DNA of 64,000 nucleotides from Azolla caroliniana (lineage: Eukaryota > Plantae > Polypodiophyta), in contig JBHGNT010000018.1 in the NCBI GenBank assembly GCA_043228905.1, forward strand, positions 3,286,001 to 3,350,000, given 5' to 3'. Positions 46,031 to 59,181 of this stretch are shown piece by piece; position 1 is the first letter of the stretch; every line of letters starts with the position of its first letter. Below the pieces are notes generated by a model that worked only from the letters and a program-made list of their open reading frames with translations, did not search any database and had not been told where the DNA came from. A program made the position numbers and the translations under genes.

Positions 46031-49000
46031 ATGGCGAAAGAAGAAGTAGCAGAGCAGGGAGAATCCAAGCCTTGGTGGGCCATCGACAAAGCCGCTTGGA
46101 AGGAGCGACTCTCTGGCTTCTACCGACTCGCTAGCATCGCTGATGGCAGAGACGCGCCTTTGCGACGATGGTCTGATGCAGATGTTGAAGAATTCGTGAA
46201 CACAGATCCTGTCTATGGACCTCAGGTCATCCCCCCTCTTCTTTTCCTTTCTCTCTTTTTCTTGCTTTCATCGCTGCTTCAGATAAAAACCCATTTTTGG
46301 GAAGCAGTAGCCTCTGGTTGTTATGGCATGATCTGTTTTTTTCTTTTCTTTCCTTTTTTTTATTGCATAATCTGTACAACTATTTTTATTTTTATTTAAA
46401 ATATATGGAATAATTTATTTAGCTAATTATTCTATTTATATTTTATGGCATCATCCGTGTTTTAACTAATTATTTTATTTATTTTTATGGCATCATCCGT
46501 GTTTTAACTAATTATTTTATTTATATTTTTATGGCATCATCCGTGTTTTAGCTAATTATTTTATTTATATTTTATAGAAAATCTGTTTAAACTAATTATG
46601 TTATTTATAAGTTATGGGAAAATCTGTCTTAAGCTAATTGCATTATTTTATGCAATGATCTTTTTATTTTGGGGGAGAGGGGGAGGGGCTTGATCTGCTT
46701 TTCTGTGGCATCATCTACATATCCATTTAGCTAATTATTTTATTTATATTTTATAGAAAATCTGTTTAAACTAATTATGTTATTTATAAGTTATGGGAAA
46801 ATCTGTCTTAAGCTAATTGCATTATTTTATGCAATGATCTTTTTATTTTGGGGGAGAGGGGGAGGGGCTTGATCTGCTTTTCTGTGGCATCATCTACATA
46901 TCCATCTAATTTATTATTTATATTTTATAGCATGATCTGGTCTTTCATGTTGCTAATTTCTTGCTGCCAATGCAAGGCTGATAGTGCAGCCTTACTTCCT
47001 TAAGTTTATTTAGTTTTTCTGTTCGGTTGTTTGTTATTATTTTGTGACAGTTGAAGTTAGTTAGGCAAGCTGCAAAAGTCTCAGCAGGAGGAGCTGTTGT
47101 TGGAGGTCTCACAACAACAGCTGTTGTGTGGAAGTATGGCAAGACTCCTCATGGTAGTTTCTCTTATGCTTTTGTTCATTGAAAGAATGATTGAAAAGTT
47201 TGTATTGATCCTAGTTAGACGTTGAAGTTGTTTAATCAAACATCATCCAGAGTAATTAAAAAGAAAATTAGAGATGAGGAAGTGAAAGAGAACATCCTTA
47301 GTTTATAAATGTACCATTAGGCCGACTTTTTTTTGGAGGTCATGAACATATCGTAATCTAGCTGATTGTTGATTTTCTTTCTTGCTTAATGATTGAGCCC
47401 TCATATTTCATTGTTAGTTGGTCCACCCCACCATGTGAGCTATGGCATATTGTATGTTAGCTCCTCATTATTTAGGCTTATTTCCTTATTTTTATATCAA
47501 TGTGTTAAGCCTCTCTTTCTATATCGATGTGTATGTGTGTTCCGTTCTGTGGATCCACTAACTTCCCTTACATATAGCAAAGTTTCTGTTAAATATGTTT
47601 CATTAAATGGCTGCTTCAATGGTGACTAAATATCACTTCTCCCACATTTGTGACATCTCCTTCAAAGAAATCTATTACAACATTCTCGTTTTACCCATGT
47701 TTTGCCCTATTTCAACTAGGAGTTCAGCATCTCTCAGCTCTGGATCTACTTTCTAGACTCTATCCTAAGAATGAATCCACAAATTGATGCTAGAATTGCT
47801 AACACAATTTTCTACTCAAAAGTGCTGAATACCAACACAGGATTGTAGGATTGCATTGCTCGTATTTATATTATGATTGTTGAACAGCATGAGATTATAG
47901 TCATTATTCATCCAAAAATGGTTTGATTTCTAGCTAAGAATGCAGCAGTTCCAATGAGAAGTGTCAGAATGTCAATTATAAACCCTTATATGAATATAGA
48001 TGCATTCATGAAGCTAAGAAACTCTCTACTGTATTCAAAGTTGAAAAGCGCATAAGGTAGGGTGGTAGACCCTAAACAGAGTGTGATTGTCGACTATTGA
48101 TTGTGCGGGTTATTATGAAACAAAAGCCTGGAGTACAGAATTTGGTCTCTATGACATTCGAAAAGTTAGTTTCTCTTTCTTTTTTTCCCTTTGCTCCCAA
48201 TCATAGTCCAGTCGTATCATCATTTTCCTTTTAATTCTCCTTCTCTTGAATCTGATACTAAAATTACAATCTTTACCTCAAATAGATCCTAAATAGTACC
48301 AACATCTATATATAAGAGGCAAGACTGATCTTGCTTAGTACGAACATTTAAGAGTGGTTCCTCAGATTTAGTTGTGTATGGGATAAAAAGCTATCATGCT
48401 TTCTATCTTTGATATATGACAGGAAAATGTGCTAGATTGCAAATCTTGCAGCATTTACTTTTGAATGCTTTGTTAACCTCTCTCTAATTAAGTCCTTTAA
48501 TCTGCCAACGTGTGTATTATTGTTCTTTGATCTCTTTTAATTGCAGAAACCTTTTGTTTCCTTAGTCCTCAAGCTCTTCTATGACATTCTTTTCCTCCAT
48601 ATGCATTAATTGTAGCCATACATATGCTGGTCTTTTTATCTGTTTTCTAAGAGACAGTTTAAAGTAAATAGTTACAATGGAGAAGTTTTGAGTTTGTTGT
48701 GAAAAGCAGTGAATCCTATGGTCTCAGCAAAGTATGAATATTTGGGTGACTTTATACATATCTTATGAGACCCCAGAAAGCATAGAAACATTGGTCTAAT
48801 CTTTCAACTTTTCGTAACATTTAGCTTTATTTTCATCGAATTGTTACTAGAAGTTTCGTAATTGTTCTGTGAAATTTTGTGAAATTAAAAGCCAAACCTT
48901 CATTGGAAACAATAGTGAAAAGCTTCCGAGGAAAGCATTTGGTGGAATGTTATATTGCAAGTGTGATATATGTGCTATAAATTAACTCTTGTTTTCTTAA

Positions 49001-49168
49001 TGACTTTATGTAGGACTATTGCTCTCACTTTTGGCGGGTTCAGTGGTTGGATGGTGCATTGCACAAGAAGGTGCAACTGTGGCTTATGGGCTTCACAAAT
49101 TTGATTGTATGGAAACGAATCTGAAGTTCCTGGATTGGTGGAAAGAGAAAACGGAGGGTTCCCATTGA
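46031..49168 (+). CDS. SDH6: Plant-specific succinate dehydrogenase subunit 6, mitochondrial; 3 exons
   Basis: Exons 46031-46225 (RDAPLRRWSDADVEEFVNTDPVYGPQ), 47051-47153 (LKLVRQAA..VVWKYGKTPH) and 49014-49168 (GLLLSLL..GWCIAQE..KFLDWWKEK). Collinear with the remembered plant SDH6 pattern WSxxDVEEFxxxDPVxGP / WKYSKSPHG / KFMEWW. Confidence 0.85.
46415..46930 (+). repeat. Compound intronic tandem repeat (~45-bp units plus a near-perfect 179-bp duplication)
   Basis: GGCATCATCCGTGTTTTA x3. The blocks starting at 46551 and 46730 are nearly identical. Confidence 0.88.
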
Positions 49169-50854
49169 AGTTCTTCTTAAGAGAATAGTTTTATTCGGGG
49201 TTCCATTTTGTGGTATAATAATATGAAATTTTAAAGTCTTGAACAAACTCCTACAACCTTATATTTAGGTGGTATTCGAACTTTTGACTGCATTGGAGTC
49301 TACAATAAGAACAATAATGTAAGTGTAGTAATCGAAAGGAGTCTTAAGGAAAGAGTTTCTATCATGCATGCAGACTATTGAAGTTCTTTGTATTCTCCGT
49401 CTTAATTTGACATTGCTGTTGTAAAGTAAACTATTCTCTTGGAAGAAAATTGTTATGCTATACAAACTGATTGTATTTTTATTGTTTTTGTTGTCAAATT
49501 TGGGATGAACTAGTAAACTGGAGATCTAGTCCTAGTACATATTTTTGGTGGGTAGCAATATATTGTCGTTGCCGGTGTTCATTTGCTTTGAGATTACACA
49601 AGTCATGTCTGTAGTTTCTGCAATAAAATAAATCATAATTCAGTGAACAAGTTTTATTGCTGATGAAGGCTTGTTTTCCTCACATAAAAGCATTTGTAGA
49701 TATCATCACACTGCATTTAATTTCACTCACTCATAAGAAAATCTGGTACTTTTAGTTTTACTACCAGAAAACAGGCAGAACACACGTTTTAGCAATAGCA
49801 AACATTGTAAAGCCTGTAAAGCCTGTAAAGACGGGAGGGTGGTAGCCAACATCTTCTAAATTTCAGAAAAAGGCAGCGCAGAATGTTGATGTAGAGCTTC
49901 AAAGTTAGAAATCGAGGATTAATCAATCATATGACAATGCATTCTAGCATTAATTGGAGTTTAATTCTCATCAAATCACTGAAAAATGTCAATGATGTTG
50001 AGTAGAAATTTTGACACATTGAGACTTGGGTTATATGATCTTGAATGTTGGTGTTATGCTAGTGGGTTGCCTTTTTGTTGAATCTTATTGAAAAAGCTTT
50101 ATTAATTTTACAAGACAAACCATCGGTTGTTCATAATAAAAAGTACAATTATTTTTCATCTAAAAGTTTGTGGATTTCAAGCTATGCTTCTCAAGCGTAA
50201 ACATACTCGAAGATGTAGTAATAGCAATATAGGGCTTATGTGTGCAGGGAATGTAGGTTCTCGAAAAAATCAATGGTGGCAAAAGTGTAAGTTCTCTCGT
50301 ATGAGTTTTTGAATGTGGACAAAAATATGGTGGAGATCAAATAAGCTAGGAAAGTGTGAAATATTGGTTCATAATCAAGAATGTTTTTGGATAGCTACTT
50401 GGGCACTCCACTCCCACTCAACGATACTTCTTTCCCTTTTTTTAGTTTTTAACAGGAATCTAGATTGCCCCCAACATTCAATAGCATAATAGGAGGAAAT
50501 TGTGAGATATCTTAACGTATGCTAGTAGTCTTACAACCCATTAATTCACAATCCAAGCGAAAATCGTGATCAAAATAACCGTTACATTACTTGTCGCAGC
50601 CGCTATTTTGCTAGCGTTTGAGTTGTCAATACATCACGAGGAAGTAAGTGACTGAGGGTGTTGCATGCATAAATGTATAGTTTGTGGTGGGATTACACTT
50701 GCCTTCCCATTCCTCATTGGGGTGTTAGTAATTTCGAGATGGCATGGGATGCATCGTATGTACCTAATGTGTATGGTCAATGAAGTGGACCATTCAATGC
50801 CAACATCTATGATTGGATTGGGGATCCAGGGAAGAGAAAAGAGAGAAGGGGCTC

Positions 50855-51175
50855 TTGATCATGACCAAATTGATTGTCATGGTAATGAAACAAAAAAATG
50901 TGGCATCTGATCATGATCAATCCATTGGCATTGTAACGAAACGGGGAAAAAATGGGTCACTTCATCATGATCGATCAATTGTCATTGTAATGAAACGAAA
51001 AAATCTACGGCACTTGATCATGATTGATCGATTGCCATCATAACGAAACGGAAAAAAGAAAAAGCGACACTTGATCATGATCAATCGATTATCGTCATAA
51101 CCAAACGAAAAGAAAAGCGGTACTTGATCATGAGCAATCAATCGATAGCCGTTGTAACGAAACGAAAGAATCGAA
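50855..51175 (+). repeat. ~53-bp tandem repeat (~6 units) rich in GATC/TGATCA
   Basis: Unit GATCATGATCAATCGATT.TCAT.GTAACGAAACG(A)n..GCACTT. Confidence 0.85.
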
Positions 51176-51316
51176 TCAATCGGATTGGATCGGATCTTTG
51201 TTTTCAAGAAGGAGTAGGGATGAGAGGCAATGGGGGTGTTGTTCCTTCTTCACCTTCAAAAACATTTCCGTTGAAATATATGATGCGTAGAGTAGAGTAT
51301 GAACTATACGTGCATT

Positions 51317-51560
51317 CGCATTCGAGAACGTTTCAATCATTCGAGTATGGTAAACACCCTTCGAAGTATGGTATAATGGTAAATACCATACTTTTTTGTA
51401 TTCATTATTTATTAATTTATAAGGTAAGAAAGTTAAAGGTAAAAAGTGTAAAAGAAAAAAACAAAAACAAAAACATAAAGAATGTTGTGATAGCATACGC
51501 ATTCGTTTGAATTCGTATGAAAAGAATGTTTTCCCATGCATTCGAGTATGTTACGTAGTA
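51317..51560 (+). repeat. Dispersed repeat (probable MITE), second copy at ~57107-57290
   Basis: GCATTCGAGAA.GTTTCAATCATTCGAGTATGGTAAAC..TCGAAGTATGGT..ATGCATTCGAGTAT is shared by both copies. Confidence 0.75.
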
Positions 51561-51826
51561 TGGTAGTACATAGTAATAGACTATAGTAGTAGAAGACGAA
51601 TGGAAGCTTCTCCGGGAAAGAAGGAATGGAAGCTTCTAGAAGTATGCCGGTTTGAACAAACCATACACATAGGTATGTATGTATGTCTACAGTTCCTGCT
51701 TCCTTCTCTGCTGCTGCTCCTTCTTCTTCTTCTTCTTCTTCTTCTTCTTCTTCTTCTTCAAGAAAGAAAGAAAAGGTCTTTTGTCTGCACCCCTATCTGG
51801 TCATCTCTGGTGACAGTTGCCGTCCA

Positions 51827-52031
51827 ATGGCTTCTTCTTCTTCTTCTTCTCCCTACTCCCCTTTCCCACTCCTTCTCCTTCTCCTTCTCCTTCTTTTGGA
51901 TTTCCATGGTACATCTGCGGAGACCCCCGATGAAGGCAAACTAGTAAGTTTCCCTGCAGTTTTTTGTTACTTCATCATCTCTTGTTGCTCATTCCAGACG
52001 TTTGTGTGGTATGAATCCCGGCTTTTTTGAG

Positions 52032-52074
<43 letters not shown>

Positions 52075-55000
52075 AAGAAGAAAGATATATTAACATCTTC
52101 TAAGACCAAAATTGGAGAGAGAGAGAGAGAGAGAGAGAATCACTTCTAGTGGATGGAGTCCGCCTCTGAGACATATTGTGGTTGCAAATTTGGGCCACTT
52201 TGGAGTTTATCCATGCGCACACGAAACATAAAAGTTCTGGATTTCATAAAGATTCATGATACTGTTCTTAATACGTGGAGGCGGCCTTACAATTGGAAGT
52301 GATTCTTGAAACGATTTTATGAGCATGAAGTGCATGATTACTATGTAAGGGAGGAGTGTGTGGTGAGGGGACATGGTATCCATTGTTGCTTGGTGTGGTG
52401 AAGTTCGACTGCTCATGTGGATCAAATGCAGTGAGCAATGACAGTCCATCCATCATCTAGTGTTGGTATGGACCATGTGCCTCGGTACTCAGCAGTCTTC
52501 GTGTTGTTGGTATACCTCTGCTCACTCAATGCTGACTCCTTGGCATGCTGTCAGTGGTGGTGCAGACCTATGGAAGCAGTCAGTGTTGTGCACCCCGTGT
52601 GTTGATGTAAGATTGATTTTTCTATGCTTATGGATCTCAACAAAGCCATACGCAAAATCAGATGTGTCAGCCATCTCCATCGTTCATTGAATGGAGGTCA
52701 ACTCCAGGAAGAGTGTCGCACCTTTCTCCATCTCCATCGTGCGTGTAATTAGGGTACTTCCACATAAAGTTTTGTTACTTTTTTACCTCTCTTTCACATA
52801 ACTTGTGGAATGTATCAGCTCTATACGTGTGAAGTGCTCATCCTATTTCGCTAGCTGTTGGAAGGAAACTCTGAGTTTGCCTATTGCTTAGGAGCACTTA
52901 AGGGCATGCAGACATTCATATACCTTAGGTTCTAAATGAACCCATACTATGTAAAGTTTCTCAAATAATCTTCGTTGTAATCCATCTTTGTGTTAAGGGC
53001 TTCCTTGTCGTGATCCAAGTCTCAGATAAACAGACGTCATATTTCTTGCCACAATACCTCGCTCAATTGATCATGTTGGACAGGTGTTGGGTGTTGGAAG
53101 GGTGGCAAATTGTCAATGTTAAGGCCATTGTCATGGAACCACTTCACCACTTACGCGCACATAATCCATTCTTCTTGTTTTGTTCTTGCTGCTTCTTGAT
53201 AAAGAGGTTCCATAGTTTCACATCATGAAGTATGACTACTAACATTGCTAGAGTTTCATAGTCTCAACTAAGTTGATCCTTCATGGCTCGGGTCATAGAG
53301 AACTGCTGAGGCATGCTTGTAAATGCCATTGCTAGATAGATATTATAACCTCCTTGAACTTACACTCCTAATTGGGTGAAGTGTTGTTGAATCTGTGCAG
53401 ACTTGTGGAAGATCATGGCGTTAGTCTTTCCTAGGTTTTTGAGAGATTCAAGAGATGATGATTACTGTTGTACATTGGAGGCCAATGATGTTTGCTATGT
53501 AGACCTATTGCTTAATTTTCTGTTACATCACAAAATTAATTTTGATATGTTATTTTTCAGGTGACCTATGGGACAGTATTAAAACTCATGCATGAACGTA
53601 CTAAATATAGGTTGCATTCACATGATGTTCCATATGGATCAGGAAGTGGACAACAATCAGTAACAGGTTTTGGAGGAGTGGAGGATTCTAATAGTTATTG
53701 GGTATGTTTCAAGATAATTGTGTATTTTCACATCTAGCTGATATATTATTTTTAAATGAACGTTAAGTATGCTGAGAAATGTTTCCCTAAGATTTAATAC
53801 CATTAGGATAGAAAATTACTAAAATCTTTTGGAATTCTGGTCTGACTCTCATATCTCATGAAGGTAGGATATGAAAAGGATTAATTAACTTCGGATTAAT
53901 AGGAGCTTCCAATTTTACTTAAAATAGAGAGAATTGTGTGGTTAGATGTTCTAAAAAATTCTTTATATTAAGAGGGAAATGATTTAATATAGCAACCCTT
54001 GGTTTGTATCTGAAAAATTAGAGAATTCTGATTGGTTAAATGATCTTAAAATCCCTAATACATGAAAACCAAAGTTTGTCGAAATATAGTAGCATTACAG
54101 AGAGTAAACCATCTTGATTGATTTAAAATGGAAGAAAACGTGATATGGAATGATAAATTTTAATTCTATTATCAATTTATCAAATCTCTCATCTTTTTTA
54201 GCACATGGAAGGTGTTAGGTTGTGTTTCAGTAAAATTAATAATGTTTTTAACAGTAATTATTAAATCTTAAAACTCTGTTCATGACATCATATGAGAAAT
54301 CTTGCTTTGGTAGATCGTAAAACCACCAGCAGAGTCTCAAGTTGAGCAAGGTGAAACAATCCCTAATGGTTCGGTCATAAGATTGCAACACATGAGAACA
54401 CGCAAATGGTTACATAGTCATCTGCACCAGTCTCCCATCTCAGGTAATGTTGAGGTAAGACCTCGTCATGAAGAAATTTGTTGTATGAATGATCTTGTTG
54501 GATAAACGTAGTAATTTAACCTCAGCTTGTGGTTTGAATTTTTACTAGGTGAGCTGTTTTGGAGGAGAGGATCAATCTGATACTGGAGATTTGTGGATGT
54601 AAATTTCTTACTTCCTTGATGCTTAATGCTTTGCTAATACGTTTTTCTCTTGATATCTATTAGGTCAATATGTCTTTCCACATATTAGAATTCCATAAAT
54701 AAATATCTTTTATAGTTTAATATACACATATTTGTTTTGTTTTGTTTTGTGATTAATATGTTGATGAGATTAAGCTCAAAATACTTTCATAGGATGAGCA
54801 TTTAGCTCATATCACGAGACTTTTCTTCATTTGGAAATTTGGAAATGTTTGTTTTCTTTTGTGATTAACTTGTTGATGAGGTTGAGCTCAAAATACTTTC
54901 ATAGAATGAGCTTCTAGCTCAAATCACAAGACTTTTTTTATTTAGAAATTCGGAAATATAACCCGATAGATAGACTGTTGCTAATGCATGTCTATTTTGT

Positions 55001-55595
55001 TCTGTGGGATGAGCTTTTAGCTCAAATCATTTCTGTACAAACTGGAAGTGGTAGGAATTGTGTAATTAATGCTTAATGCTGTGTGTTTATGCATGTATAT
55101 TTTGATTTTTTGTTTAACATGTCTGTTGAGTTTTAAGATCAAATTTCTTTCACACAGATTAGAAATTGAAGGGAAAGGTAAAGCCTGGATGAGAGACCAA
55201 AAGGTTCGATTTCGACATGGAGATACAGGAGTTTACCTCCATAGTCATGACAGAAAATATCAACGGATAGCATCAGGTCAACAAGAGGTATGATCATAAT
55301 AATGCAACTCAATTGATGTTTAAACATATCATGTTTCATCATTTTGCGGTATAATGTGGCTTGTGCAACTCATATCGAAGAGAATCCATTCTTGTGAATC
55401 TAGTGCTCTTGACAATATGCAAAGAAGAATTGTCATCGATAATGATATAATAATATGATTATATATGTTTCATTTGTAGTGACATAGGTATGGCTGAATG
55501 TGTAGGTTTGTGGCCTTGCTAAGAAGTCTGCAGACAATATATGGATGGCTGCTGAGGGGGTTTATTTGCCTACTGTCAAGAAGACGAAGGCATGA
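51827..55595 (+). CDS. SDF2: Stromal cell-derived factor 2-like ER protein (three MIR domains), 6 exons
   Basis: Exons 51827-51943 (Leu-rich signal peptide), 53561-53701 (VTYGTVLKLMH..RLHSHDVPYGSGSGQQSVT), 54314-54454 (IRLQHMRTRKWLHSH..SPISGN), 54549-54598, 55158-55287 (VYLHSHD..GQQE) and 55506-55595 (WMAAEGVYLP). Confidence 0.94.
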
Positions 55596-56354
55596 GGAAT
55601 GTGTGAAATTTGAATTGGTGGGAATGAAGAGGGAGGGATGTGGCTTATATTTGTAAAATCCTTCACCTACTAAGGTCCATAAACAAATGCCAAGTAGTTA
55701 TTGCAAGGACAATGACAAAAGGTAATAAGAAATAGTTATTACAACGACCTAGAAATAGTGATGATGAATTGATTCCATTTCTTTCGTTTGCCCTCTCTGT
55801 TCCAGTTTCCATGTTGAGTGTTCACTTGCATGTATGCATATTGTGCACAATTTGGCAGTGGTGTATTGTGTGATGTTGATTTCATTCTCAATGTAGCAAC
55901 TTCTATTGAAAGTTTTATGATCTTTACATGTGGGTGGCAATGTTGATCTCAATCTAAAGGTTGCACCATGAATTTTAAGGTTGCAATAGTTAGAATTGGA
56001 TGCATATGGTCTATTTGGTGCTTCGGGATACTTGCTGAATTTTGATATAGTAAAGATAATTCTCATAGCCGATCAGCTATTGGTTACAATAATCAGAGTT
56101 GGATACATGTGTTTACATGCTTGGAACAAATTGTGGTGTGAAAGTTGAGAATCTGCATATTGCATAAAGTTCAGCATTAACCTTGTCTCATGAGGATCAT
56201 GTATTACCTAATAATGTGTCCCCATTTAACAATTTCCCATGGATCATATTCTCTCTATGTGCGCATACCTTGGGGCAGTTCACTCGTAAGATGGTTCTTA
56301 CAATCAAATCTCATTTGATTGTTAGCTAACCTTTATTTAAACGCTTTATTACTT

Positions 56355-56588
56355 GATAAAAAGCAAGATTTTTAGTGATATTATTTTGAATAATAATCAC
56401 TAGATCTTGTTGTGACATGAAACAATGGAATAAATAAAAAGCAAGATTTTTAGCAAGATTATTTGGAATAATAATCACTAGATCTTGTTGTGCCATGAAA
56501 CGATGGAATAAATAAAAAGCAAGATTTTTAGCAAGATTATTTGGAATAATAATCACTAGATCTTGTTGTGACATGAAACAATGGAATA
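56355..56588 (+). repeat. 78-bp tandem repeat x3
   Basis: AAAAAGCAAGATTTTTAG..ATAATAATCACTAGATCTTGTTGTG.CATGAAAC repeated three times. Confidence 0.92.
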
Positions 56589-58577
56589 TAGCTTAGATGC
56601 AATGTATATTAGCAATACTGGACAATGAATTTGAGAAGTTTAGACCCACAATTCAACTTACCAATTTAATGATACAACTATGAAATATAATGATCCTATT
56701 CAAAAAACATAGGTTCATTTGTAAAAATAAATGAATCATGGTAATCTATCAAAATGCAAACTAGGAATAAGTGAAATCCAAATTCTTACCGAGTTAGCAA
56801 GGGGGAATCTTCCTCAATATGTGTAACTTTATAAAGCGATGTCATGTGGAAGTAGAAGGCCTACATTCAATGATTCACCTAAGTGATGGATGAGGACTAT
56901 TCTCTATATTCACCAAAATGATATGTGATTTTGCATGCGATACACTCGTCAATTCTCTAAAATCTTCCACTAAACATTATGATAAACCTTACAATAACAT
57001 TTATGTGCATGTGTGTTGGTGATGTGACACCTGGGACAAATGGATATTTATTTAGCCCAACATGCTTGAAACCATAGTATGAACCATACATACCATACGT
57101 GCAATGGCATTCGAGAATGTTTCAATCATTCGAGTATGGTAAACGCCCTCGAAGTATGGTAAATATTATACTTTTGTATTCATTATTTATTATAAGGTAA
57201 TATTTTTAAATGTAACAAGTGTAAATAAAAAACATAAGAATGATTTCGTATGAAAAAAAAAAGTTTGCCAATGCATTCGAGTATATTACTACTACGCTTG
57301 AAACAATATACAATTTGAATTGATGGCTTAATAACATTAGATTAGTCTTCATAAATGAATAATGCTCCAATTATAACTAAGGAGTGCAAGCGTCATTGAA
57401 TAAACAATAATTCAATGTCAACGAAATTGGTCAATGAGGCCACAATGGTTATTTATTTAGGTACTTCCGTTCATCTTTCAGAGGGATATGACCTATATTG
57501 CTAGAAATGTTGAAGGATGTTATGTTTAGTTTGTCCTCGAATATTTGAAAGTTTTGAATGATCACTAGAAGGCAATGGAAATTGTATTTTCACCCAATAA
57601 TGAATTGTACAATAGATGATACTTTGAGAGGTTTTATGCATATTATCGACAACTTAGTTCAAATAATAAAACAATGTCTTCCACTGGCCTCTTGCACATT
57701 ACTTTCATAAGTTCCCTCCATATTACTCAAATACAATGTTTTATACAAACGATGAGCAATATTATCATACTTGCCATAATTTTAGACAACAGTACTTACT
57801 TGCCAATCGGTCATCTTGTTGGTATTTACATCACAAATGTATGTTAGAGGAATTGATTGTTGTCATTGCATAACTATATAGTGCGAGTACTATGATGTGC
57901 ATTGATGAAAAAGATGGTGGAACACTATATCTTCCTCTAATGTACAAACATAGCATTTTAGTTTTCACTTGGTATAATTGCATATATCACTTAGACCAAC
58001 ATAAAAACCAATCATTCTTGCCATTTTATAGGTGTGGACATTGTTTTTTGGCATTTCACACGCACATTGTAGAATCCTTGATGTTATACGCGCGTTAGAT
58101 GATTTTAGACAGATCTATTAATGATGCCTGAAAAGAGCAATACCACCATCTCAAGGATGATGCTGACACATCAAAACAGAAAGGTGGCATGTTTGCCACT
58201 TAAGAGCCGGAGGTTTGTTTACCATTGATATCTAGGTCTGAACATAAAAAGCATCATGGATTCTAGTGTCTAGAACATTCAAATAACGAGATGGCCTTTT
58301 GAATGAAGAGAATACACGAAGGAGTTGCTAACAAACAAGAAATCCATGAAGAGTTGTGGATCAATGTCATAAATCATCCAAGGTAAGGAAAAACCTGGCC
58401 CGCAAACTACCGCTTTGGTTTAGTTTTGTTGTGGGAAATGAGAGTTTTTCAAAGACTCGGGAGGACACATAACAAGCAAAGGTTGGGGGGGATCACCAAA
58501 GTTAATTGATCAACACGGACAAAAAAAAGAAGCCAAGAAGGTCGGATCTCGAGGCGGAATCAAAGGCAGAGAAAAAG

Positions 58578-59030
58578 TCCCTCGTGGTTCCTTGCCTCGG
58601 CCAAACAAACCGTGTGTTTTCCTTTTGCTCTTTTGCTTTTCCTCCTGCCTCTCTTGCTTTTTGTTTTTTGTTTTCGCAGGAAACCTCGTGGTTCGCAGCC
58701 CGGGCAAACAAACTGTGTGTTTTCCTTCTACTCTTTTGCTTTTCCTCCTGCCTCTCTTGCTTTTTGCTTTTTGCAAGGAAGCCTCGTGGTTCCCTGCCCC
58801 GGCCAAACAAACCGCGTGTTTTCCTTCTGCTCTTTTTCGCTTTTCCTCCCGCCTTTCTTTCTCGCCTTTCGCTTCTTCTGTTTTGCTTTTCCTGCTTTTC
58901 TAGTTTTTTGCTCTTCGTGCTTCTCTTGCTTTTTGCTTTTTGCTTTTCCTCCTCCTCCCTGCTTTCTATCCTTCTACACTTTTGCTTTTTCCTGCTTTTC
59001 TAGTTTTTTTGCTTTTTCCTGCTTTTACCT
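58578..59030 (+). repeat. Pyrimidine-rich ~100-bp tandem repeat and (TTTTGC)-rich tract upstream of PRL1
   Basis: CCTCGTGGTTC..GGCCAAACAAAC..GTGTTTTCCTT units at ~58580, 58684 and 58782, followed by degenerate TTTTGCTTTTCCT repeats. Confidence 0.8.
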
Positions 59031-59138
59031 AAATCTTAAGATATTCATTTCAGAGCTCACTCAGTCTGCACTGTGTTGGTTTTCTTCCTTTTTCTTCATT
59101 TCTCTTTCTCTTTCTCTTTCTGTGGAGGGTCGGTCAGG

Positions 59139-59173
<35 letters not shown>

Positions 59174-59181
59174 CAAGCGGC

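Noticed and set aside
52200-53450. hAT transposase remnant in SDF2 intron 1 (minus strand, LDDGWT and KWFHDNGL)
   Set aside because: Only two short motif resemblances among many stops, which is not enough without an HMM search.
58502-59181. Phe/Leu/Cys-rich or Lys-rich ORFs
   Set aside because: Low-complexity sequence lacks stops by composition. Only the part from ATG 59182 is PRL1.
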